Origin: a virus
Lineage: Duplodnaviria; Caudoviricetes
DNA length: 64,000 bases
IMG/VR virus record: IMGVR_UViG_3300009095_000010
Coordinates: 32,001 to 96,000 of that record
Reading direction: 5' to 3' (one strand)
Shown: positions 46,831-54,114 of the stretch, piece after piece
How the letters are laid out: each line of letters begins with the position of its first letter
Numbering within the stretch: the first letter of the stretch is position 1
The notes under the pieces: model-generated
Told to the model about the DNA's origin: nothing
Database searches by the model: none
Seen by the model: the letters and a program-made list of their open reading frames with translations, nothing else
Program-made: the position numbers and the translations under genes

Positions 46831-47024
46831 ATTGTATCCCGGATGATTTTTGAAAAAATTCTCTTTATTTTTTCAATCCTACACTTCTTACAAATAGTTT
46901 CTGTTCCAGGAGTTTTTTTAAGAGTATATAAATTACCACAAACAGAGCACGTACAGGTAATAGACTTATGATTACCTGTACGCACTCTTGGCTGTTTGTC
47001 TTTAGAGCCTTTAGGTCGACTCAT
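46827..47024 (-). CDS. AT-hook-like + zinc ribbon; probably the frameshifted 5' part of the downstream fusion gene
   Basis: RPKGSKDK; CSVC..CKKC. One extra A at 46868-46873 joins it to the downstream frame. Confidence 0.5.
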   Translation of the reverse strand: MSRPKGSKDKQPRVRTGNHKSITCTCSVCGNLYTLKKTPGTETICKKCRIEKIKRIFSKIIRDTI

Positions 47025-47569
47025 GAGGCTGCCCTCTGATCGTGCTCATGAGCGTGCTCCCTTGCCCTTCTCTCAACATTTGGGAAGTATACTTCCCAAT
47101 CATCATGAACTGTTTGCATAACAGCATACTCCAAACCCAAAGAATCTGGTGGGGCTTTAGCAGGACGCAAAAGCTTTAGACCAGCCTCCTCAGGAGTTCT
47201 ATCTGCTTTTGCAGCATTCACCTTTAGAGATGCAGTAACACAATTCTCCCATGTAGACTTGCCACCCCTAGACTTGGGAATGACATGATCAACTGTAAGC
47301 TGTGTTGGCGGAAGGATTATACCCGTGTATTGACAGGTGTAAAAATCCCTACGAAACACACCTCTGAAATTGAACCTCGGAAGCAATGGCTTTTTACGAA
47401 CGTAGTGATTAAGAACAATTATAGATGGGTAATCCAAGTCTCCATGAAAAGATTCACCCTTCCATGTAGAAACAACCGTTGCCTTCTCTTTCACAACAAG
47501 TCGTGCCATTCTTCTGTGTCCAATAAAAGAAATAGGCTTATATTGTTTATCAAGTAGTAAAGTTCTCAT
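47021..47569 (-). CDS. HNH endonuclease (McrA-like)
   Basis: VFRRDFYTCQYTG..TVDHVIPKSRGG..WENCV..N..K. Confidence 0.88.
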   Translation of the reverse strand: MRTLLLDKQYKPISFIGHRRMARLVVKEKATVVSTWKGESFHGDLDYPSIIVLNHYVRKKPLLPRFNFRGVFRRDFYTCQYTGIILPPTQLTVDHVIPKSRGGKSTWENCVTASLKVNAAKADRTPEEAGLKLLRPAKAPPDSLGLEYAVMQTVHDDWEVYFPNVERRAREHAHEHDQRAAS

Positions 47570-48107
47570 GACTTAAATATGGTAATTTGTTTAATCTTTT
47601 TTTCAAAAAATTTACTACAATTTCTAGTTCTTGTATTGTTGAAGATCTTTTGATTCGATTACACCTCCAACAGATAAACCTTACGTTATCTTTGGTGTAA
47701 CCTTTTTCTGAATCTAAACGATCCGCTGATGGAATTCTATCATTTTTATTATTTACAAAACCTGATTCATATTCAAATTTTTTATTACAAATCGGACAAT
47801 ACTTATCTAATATTTCTTTTTTTATATTATCAACAGTAAAATATTCAGAATCAAAATCATCTTTTCTTTTTTGCATCAAATGTCTTATTGATTCTGCCCT
47901 CCATTTAACTATATCTTTTTTAGCCCGTTCAGAATAATATCTTTTTTCTTTTTCAGAATCATATTTATTCCTTCTAGATTTGTTTGCTATAGGTTTATAT
48001 TTATCAGCATATTCTTTTTTACACTGAATACACCTATACCTTTCTCCAGACTTAATAGAAGAATCTTTTACTTTTATTTTTTCAATATCATGAATTTTGC
48101 ATTTCAT
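47550..48107 (-). CDS. AT-rich HNH-like endonuclease
   Basis: CPIC..PSADRLDSEKGYTKDNVRFICWRCN..K. Confidence 0.75.
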   Translation of the reverse strand: MKCKIHDIEKIKVKDSSIKSGERYRCIQCKKEYADKYKPIANKSRRNKYDSEKEKRYYSERAKKDIVKWRAESIRHLMQKRKDDFDSEYFTVDNIKKEILDKYCPICNKKFEYESGFVNNKNDRIPSADRLDSEKGYTKDNVRFICWRCNRIKRSSTIQELEIVVNFLKKRLNKLPYLSHENFTT

Positions 48108-48627
48108 TTTTCATCCACAATAATATTGCATTTAATTCTTCTAGACTTGCATTTGATTTTATTACATTACACTTCCAACACAATAAAGCAATGTTAGATA
48201 TAACATATCCATTCTCTGGAATTAACCTATCTATTGATGGAGATAAATTATAAACACTATCTTTATATGATAGATCCAGTTTAACATTACAACATTCACA
48301 TTTTTTATTTTTTTGTATAATAAAATTATACAAAAAATCAGTTGTAATATCTTTATTTATTTCTTTAGATCTTTTTAGTATTCCTTTTCTAAGGATTCTA
48401 GCAGTTTTTAGTATCAACTTATCTCTAAGATCTTTTTTATTTTCAACCTGTGGTGGTTTATAATAATAGCTAGTATTTTTTCCTGTTCTTTTCTTCCACT
48501 CTGCTTTTTGCTTATTTGTACATACCTTACAAACATGAGTTAAATAACCAACACAATTTTTACTGGATGTAAAATTTTCTTTATTTAATAGGTATATCTT
48601 TCCACACTTTGTACATTTTCTGGTCAT
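48088..48627 (-). CDS. AT-rich HNH-like endonuclease
   Basis: CTKC..CKVC; CECC..PSIDRLIPENGY..NIALLCWKCN..K. Confidence 0.75.
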   Translation of the reverse strand: MTRKCTKCGKIYLLNKENFTSSKNCVGYLTHVCKVCTNKQKAEWKKRTGKNTSYYYKPPQVENKKDLRDKLILKTARILRKGILKRSKEINKDITTDFLYNFIIQKNKKCECCNVKLDLSYKDSVYNLSPSIDRLIPENGYVISNIALLCWKCNVIKSNASLEELNAILLWMKNEMQNS

Positions 48628-49363
48628 TACAAATATATATAGAGTTATTAGTTCCCGGGGAAGATATTTCTTTTAATTTTTTCAATTTTTCAATTGAATC
48701 TTTAATATCCTCATTTTTTGATATATCCAAACCGTTACCTATACAGGTCCATCCTGGTACTTGGCGTCTAGCAAAAAGCTCAAGCTTGCTATCCGATAAG
48801 TCCGGAAACATTTTTTCCAGCATCTTATGTAGTAGATCTGGCTTTATAGAATGTTTGGTGGCCGGAAAGAAATGAACAGATCTTTGCGATTTGTCCTTCA
48901 GATGATTATATATTTTTCCGCGAACACCGACCAAAAGTATTTCGTGGGTCTGTCGAAACAGACGACCCATACCAAAAGCCAGAATATTACTTATACTAAA
49001 CTTCGATATTACATCATCAAGACAAACACGCAAGCCTTTTTCTGGTATTTTTTTCAATACCAGTAGAATATCTTTTTGAAAAGACTTCAATGGATTCTTC
49101 TTTGTCTTTACCCACACATGCGTTTGGGTTTGTCTATATCCCCAAGACTTCATGACATCAAGACCTTCAGAAAGCAAAGATGAAGGAACCCAAAGTAAAA
49201 GGATAGAATCTTCTTCTGCGATATCTTTGACTGGAAGATTCTTCAAATCTTCATTCGTCATTGTATCGTAATTTGAAGAAGCTCCTCTCTTCACCTTGGA
49301 CATGGTCAAAGTATCGCCAAAATCCCATGGACAATCAGCTAATATAACTCTAAATTTAGCCAT
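48581..49363 (-). CDS. MT-A70 family N6-adenine methyltransferase
   Basis: VILADCPW, Y.TM, LLLWV, WG, WVK, E.LLVG.RG, HS.KP, LELFAR. Confidence 0.88.
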   Translation of the reverse strand: MAKFRVILADCPWDFGDTLTMSKVKRGASSNYDTMTNEDLKNLPVKDIAEEDSILLLWVPSSLLSEGLDVMKSWGYRQTQTHVWVKTKKNPLKSFQKDILLVLKKIPEKGLRVCLDDVISKFSISNILAFGMGRLFRQTHEILLVGVRGKIYNHLKDKSQRSVHFFPATKHSIKPDLLHKMLEKMFPDLSDSKLELFARRQVPGWTCIGNGLDISKNEDIKDSIEKLKKLKEISSPGTNNSIYICNDQKMYKVWKDIPIK

Positions 49364-49378
49364 TTTTATTTCTCAACA

Positions 49379-49654
49379 TCATTCCTTGGAATCATTTTTT
49401 TCAAGAGAACGGTCACAAGATTCAATAGCCGCAACAGCAAGAGCAGCTACTTTGATCATGTTGTATCTGAAGTTTCTCAACTTAGATGTAAACAAACCTT
49501 TAGACCGAACAAAGTCAGAGGTACTTTGACCGAGATAGTAAATTATAAAAGAAACCCAAGCATAAGAATCATGCGTATCATCATGATCTGCTCCGCCCCA
49601 CTTCTTATCTTGATGTTTACGTTCCTCTTCTATCTCTTTTAGAATATCAATCAT
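49379..49654 (-). CDS. MazG-like all-alpha NTP pyrophosphatase-like protein
   Basis: EER..QD.KWG...IKVAALAVAAIE. Confidence 0.55.
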   Translation of the reverse strand: MIDILKEIEEERKHQDKKWGGADHDDTHDSYAWVSFIIYYLGQSTSDFVRSKGLFTSKLRNFRYNMIKVAALAVAAIESCDRSLEKNDSKE

Positions 49655-49992
49655 TTTATGCTTTCTATATCATTTATGATATTATCTATTTTAGCTATAG
49701 ATAGTTCTATTTTTTTAGACTCAAGCTCTTTAAGCTTTTCTTGATGAAGCTTTCTAAGAACAAATTGACGCTTCATATCGGAGAGCGAGTACTTACTCCT
49801 TGGTTTCTTTGCATCGAAATCCATTGATTCTGATAGAGTCTCTATTGGTAAAGAGTGAAACCAAGAAAGAACCTCTTCATTGGAGCCATTAAAGATGTAG
49901 TGCTCATGTTCCTGAATAATAGCCTGCAAGTCTAAATTCAGATCGTTGACACACCTTTCTAACTCTCTAACTTCAGCGTTCCTCAACTTCAT
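49651..49992 (-). CDS. hypothetical protein
   Basis: 113 aa ORF. Confidence 0.55.
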   Translation of the reverse strand: MKLRNAEVRELERCVNDLNLDLQAIIQEHEHYIFNGSNEEVLSWFHSLPIETLSESMDFDAKKPRSKYSLSDMKRQFVLRKLHQEKLKELESKKIELSIAKIDNIINDIESIK

Positions 49993-50401
49993 AGCCTAAC
50001 TCTCGAAGGAACTCGGCTGCATGGGTTCTGTAGCTTGTGTGACCACCACGCTCCCAGGAAAGAAGGGTATCCCCTTCTTCGAAACCTACTAGTTGTTTAA
50101 TAGTGAGACCCGTCTTCTCAGCCTCTTTTTCTAAAGCTTCCTTGAAATCATTGAGTCTTTGTTTGTATCCGGATACAAAATCATCACCAGCTTTCTTGAT
50201 AAGCTCTGCGTCATCCCCAGCTGCTTTCTTTGCTTTGTGATAATCCCAATACACATCCTCTGGCGAAAGCCAATCATGACAAATCTCACAATCATAACCG
50301 CACTCCTCTTGAAGATTGTTTGGTTTAGATGGAGAGATTCCAATTTTTCTACCAGGACCATGAACTTCCGGTTCCCAAAATGATGCTGTATAAATCTTCA
50401 T
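49973..50401 (-). CDS. DUF488-like protein
   Basis: MKIYTAS..IGIS..P..LSP..Y..TLLSWE..HTSYR..A.FL. Confidence 0.5.
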   Translation of the reverse strand: MKIYTASFWEPEVHGPGRKIGISPSKPNNLQEECGYDCEICHDWLSPEDVYWDYHKAKKAAGDDAELIKKAGDDFVSGYKQRLNDFKEALEKEAEKTGLTIKQLVGFEEGDTLLSWERGGHTSYRTHAAEFLRELGYEVEER

Positions 50402-50423
50402 ATAAAATCTTTCTCTTTTGATA

Positions 50424-50540
50424 TAATAAAGGACAGAGTCTCCTCTGTCCTTTATTACGGCTTTCTAAGCCAACCCTCGACCGGGTTTAACTTACCTCTT
50501 CACAAGGAAGAGGTAGTTGCTTGCTTTGTTTTGAAAACAA
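50424..50540 (-). ncRNA. candidate structured RNA: five tandem hairpins ending in a terminator-like 15-bp stem
   Basis: Stems at 50424-50457, 50459-50471, 50472-50487, 50489-50518 and 50526-50540 fill most of the intergenic gap. Confidence 0.35.
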
Positions 50541-50555
50541 GACTATCACCACCCT

Positions 50556-51242
50556 TCATATAGTGTCCGCCTCATTTAATGTAAGCGGAGTTAACTCCAT
50601 CGGTTTATCCGATGGAGGGACATTTATTCGATAAGTTGTATCTATTGATTCCTTTCCAGAATCGGCAGGGAATCTTTTCAATACATGTACTTGATATTCT
50701 CCAGGGGAGAGCGCCATCAACCATCGACCTTTTGGGTTTGTTCTAGTCTGATTTATCAACATACCAGTTTGATCTAGAACTTCTACAGATGCAAGAAACA
50801 AAGGCTGACCATCTTCTCTATATAAGATTTGAGATACAGATGCTTTGACACTTGACTTTGCTCCGCGCTGTCCTCGGGAAGCCCCCCTAGAAGAAGCTTC
50901 AATCATATCGTCACCATCAGGATCTGGAGGTAGAGTCGATGGCCTTGCCTCAATAACAGATTCATTACGGGCAGGTTCCCTCTCAACATCTAAACCATGT
51001 TGCTTTGCAAGATCAGCAAACCTACTAGTCTTATCTCTATGATCAAAATTGTCTTTATTAATAGGACCAGTTACCTTGGATGGTTTTGGAGTTTCTGGCT
51101 GAAGCTTTGGTGTTTGATTGTTGATGTTATTCAACAACACCTTTAAAAGATTTTCAACATTAGCAAACCGCTTAGATAAAGTTTCTACTTTGGTTTCTAG
51201 TCCAAGTAAAATATCTGTTGCTGATCTTTTATCTTCAGTCAT
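50556..51242 (-). CDS. hypothetical protein with C-terminal carboxypeptidase-regulatory-like beta domain
   Basis: Coiled coil, disordered linker, then DGQPL..ASV.V..TRTNPKGRW..LSPGEY.V. Confidence 0.6.
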   Translation of the reverse strand: MTEDKRSATDILLGLETKVETLSKRFANVENLLKVLLNNINNQTPKLQPETPKPSKVTGPINKDNFDHRDKTSRFADLAKQHGLDVEREPARNESVIEARPSTLPPDPDGDDMIEASSRGASRGQRGAKSSVKASVSQILYREDGQPLFLASVEVLDQTGMLINQTRTNPKGRWLMALSPGEYQVHVLKRFPADSGKESIDTTYRINVPPSDKPMELTPLTLNEADTI

Positions 51243-51282
51243 TTTTCAAAGCCATATAATCTACTGTTGCGTTTTCAAGATA

Positions 51283-52308
51283 TCAATCACCTAAAATTAT
51301 ACCAAAATCTATTGGTACTCTTTTAATTACCTGAACTCTGGTAACTTCTATATTATTACCAAGAATAAGTTTTGAAAGAATATCTCTTGCTGAGATTGCA
51401 TCCTGCGCTGTACTGTAAAGTTTATCATCTACAAGTATTGCAAAGAACCCTTCTTGCAGGGAGGATATCTTTGCCGTTTGAGTAGGATAATACCCTTTAT
51501 CATTATCATCTGAACTAGAGCGATCTTCACTGGATGTGAATTCTTCCTCCGACTCATCTTCTATTTCAAGAGAGTCTTTCTTTGCTTGTATTTCAAGCTT
51601 GATATTTTCAACAGCGTAGTTGACAATCTCTCCAACCACTCGCCTCTCTTCGGTTGGAATATTTTTAAATTCTTTCAACAGAGTTGTGAGGTCACTACTC
51701 TTCCCAAAGATTTTAGATCTAACCTCATCAAGATCATCCAATGATGGCGCTGAATAGATAGATGCCAAAGCATCCTCTTCAATCATGGAGAGAATTCTCT
51801 CGAACTTCTGGCGAATTTCCGAGCCCTCTTCTGTTTTTAGATCTGCAAAAGGATCTGCTCCTTGTAGAGACTCTACATCTACTTCATCATTGTTATCAAT
51901 AATAACATCATCAACAGATTCTTTTTTTCTGGAAGGCCCAGTAACCTCTGGGGCATACCAAGTATGCTCTTTCTGACCTACCGCAACGAAGTTCGCTCTT
52001 GGTGGAAAGAATCCATCATCATCTCCTACTGATGGTAGAGGAGAGCCTTTCTTAGGTATACCTGTAGGAACCTTTACATTCTGTGATGGCAGTGACGCCT
52101 TTACCTGCACAGGTTCGTTAGGAATGTCTTCCATTACAGGAATATCTCCTTTGTTCTTTGGCGTGGGAGAAACTTTTGGAATACCAAACTCATCATGTAG
52201 AAGAGATCTTCCTCCCTCTTTTGGTTCGAGATCCAAACGCTGATATTCTGGAGGTTGTCGCTTCGCCTCTAATATCCGCCTAACTCTATTGCCTTTTTTA
52301 TCATCCAT
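51283..52308 (-). CDS. protein with an isolated PheRS-alpha N-terminal (tRNA-binding coiled-coil) domain
   Basis: About 51565-51795: ALASIYSAPSLDDLDEVRSKIFGKSSDLTTLLKEFKNIPTEERRVVGEIVN. No class II synthetase motifs. Confidence 0.7.
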   Translation of the reverse strand: MDDKKGNRVRRILEAKRQPPEYQRLDLEPKEGGRSLLHDEFGIPKVSPTPKNKGDIPVMEDIPNEPVQVKASLPSQNVKVPTGIPKKGSPLPSVGDDDGFFPPRANFVAVGQKEHTWYAPEVTGPSRKKESVDDVIIDNNDEVDVESLQGADPFADLKTEEGSEIRQKFERILSMIEEDALASIYSAPSLDDLDEVRSKIFGKSSDLTTLLKEFKNIPTEERRVVGEIVNYAVENIKLEIQAKKDSLEIEDESEEEFTSSEDRSSSDDNDKGYYPTQTAKISSLQEGFFAILVDDKLYSTAQDAISARDILSKLILGNNIEVTRVQVIKRVPIDFGIILGD

Positions 52309-52636
52309 CAAAAGCTCCCACTGAGCGCTCATCTTTACTAATCTTTTTTTGCGCCTTTCTTTTCTGACGACGATCCCATTCGCCAGACTTCATCATGCGC
52401 TCTCGCATTTCAGTCATAAGCCTACGATCCCTAGCTTCTCTGCGTTTGCGGCGCTTTTTTTCGCTAGGCTTCTCATAAGACATCTTTTCTTTTACTTGAC
52501 CAACAACACGTTCCTTTTGGAACAAAGTTTTGAACTTTCTAAAAGCATATTCAAAATCTTCTCTGGAGGAGCCCTCTACGACTACCTCTATTGGTCTAAC
52601 CTTATGTTTTACATCATATAACTCTGGTGCTGGCAT
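52301..52636 (-). CDS. rpsU: ribosomal protein bS21 with extensions
   Basis: IEVVV..FEYAFRKFK..E.VV..VK..YEKPSEKKRRKRREA. Confidence 0.88.
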   Translation of the reverse strand: MPAPELYDVKHKVRPIEVVVEGSSREDFEYAFRKFKTLFQKERVVGQVKEKMSYEKPSEKKRRKRREARDRRLMTEMRERMMKSGEWDRRQKRKAQKKISKDERSVGAFDG

Positions 52637-53946
52637 TAGAATAATTCCTCTCTATCATCTGTCAGGTCTCTTTTTTTAGATTCGAAATCAGAATCTGCTG
52701 AGTCTTTTTCTTCAGAAACTTGTTTCAGAGACAACAATACATCTTCTTCATTTGGGATTTCTCGACCTTCTGGAATTGCAATAAACACAGCATTGAAGTA
52801 AATCTCTTGCAGATGAGCATACGTAAAATTCTTCTTAACAGTTTTATTTGCAATAACATCAATGCTGTTTGATGTTAATATATCACCAAAATACTTCGTT
52901 AGATACTTTTTACTATGTTCTAAATCAGGAAGTGGAAACTCAAAAAAGCGATCAAATCTACGTGGACGGCTCTTTAAGTTCTGCTCTAGATCTGAGAAGT
53001 CATTTCCCGTAACAACCGTTAGGATACCGTCACGTTTCACAACACCATCCAAAAGCTGGAGGAAGTGACGAGTATCTACGGTTCTCATCATCTCTTGCAA
53101 ATCCTCAAAGAAGAGAAGGGATGGGGCGTGTTCTTCGGCGTACTCAAAGGCATCTTCCAAGAGTTCATCTGGAGATGAGTGTCCAGGCTGAATAGTGACC
53201 GGCTTGAACTCCTTGTACTGAGACATAAGTAAGCGCAGAACGCTTGTTTTCCCACAACCACGCTCGCCCCAAAATCCAATACCTCGTCTCCAAGGCACTT
53301 TGAGTTTTTGATAAATGGATTTGGACTGAAGGAACCCTTCAACAGTTGTTACAATCTTCTTCTTTAAATCATCTGGTAAGAAGATATCATCCCAAGTCAT
53401 ATCAGAACTGTAAGGTATTGGTGCCCCACCAATCACTTCAATCTCTTGAGTCTCGCGCTCACGTTTCTTTTGCCAATCCTCAAACTCATTTCTGAAGTTC
53501 ACATATTTCTCAAAAGAAGATGACTGAACAAGAACGAAAAAAGAAACCTCATCTTCGTTTTGATTTCCTTTGTGAAACAATCCGCAATGAAAGAACTTAA
53601 GTTCATCAATAGTTATTTCATAGATACCAATACCAACGAAGTGTTCATCTTTATGATCGGACTGCCACGATGTAATACCATCAGAGTGTATTGCTTTTAC
53701 TTTAGCACCCTTCTCTTCTGCATACTGAAGGAAGGTGCCATCAATAGAAATTTTGTTATGAACAAAAGGTATCCAATCTTCTTGTGATGTTTCTCGAATA
53801 ACATTCATTTGAGCCCATCTCATAAGCTCAACAAAGCTACCCTCAGGTCTAATTATTTTATTATCGTATGCAGAATAAATATTATTAAGTCTTGCAATAC
53901 TAAGATGTTCTTGTTTGGAAATTTCCTTTTCAGAAAGGCGTGTCAT
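52636..53946 (-). CDS. AAA+ ATPase (classical AAA clade, no protease domain)
   Basis: WDDIFL; RRGIGFWGERGCGKT; LLFFED; LDG; SRH RPRRFDRFFEFPLP. Confidence 0.85.
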   Translation of the reverse strand: MTRLSEKEISKQEHLSIARLNNIYSAYDNKIIRPEGSFVELMRWAQMNVIRETSQEDWIPFVHNKISIDGTFLQYAEEKGAKVKAIHSDGITSWQSDHKDEHFVGIGIYEITIDELKFFHCGLFHKGNQNEDEVSFFVLVQSSSFEKYVNFRNEFEDWQKKRERETQEIEVIGGAPIPYSSDMTWDDIFLPDDLKKKIVTTVEGFLQSKSIYQKLKVPWRRGIGFWGERGCGKTSVLRLLMSQYKEFKPVTIQPGHSSPDELLEDAFEYAEEHAPSLLFFEDLQEMMRTVDTRHFLQLLDGVVKRDGILTVVTGNDFSDLEQNLKSRPRRFDRFFEFPLPDLEHSKKYLTKYFGDILTSNSIDVIANKTVKKNFTYAHLQEIYFNAVFIAIPEGREIPNEEDVLLSLKQVSEEKDSADSDFESKKRDLTDDREELF

Positions 53947-54114
53947 GATTATTCTTTCTATTTTCCTTTATCTTTTTTGATATTGGTGATCGATCTAGAA
54001 GCTGCTCTGAACATAAACAAACCATCTTCTTTCTAAGAGGTGAAGTGGTCGTTATAAGTGATGTTCTAAAAGCACGGGGCCGGGTTAGTATACCAGACAA
54101 AGTATTATCTAATT

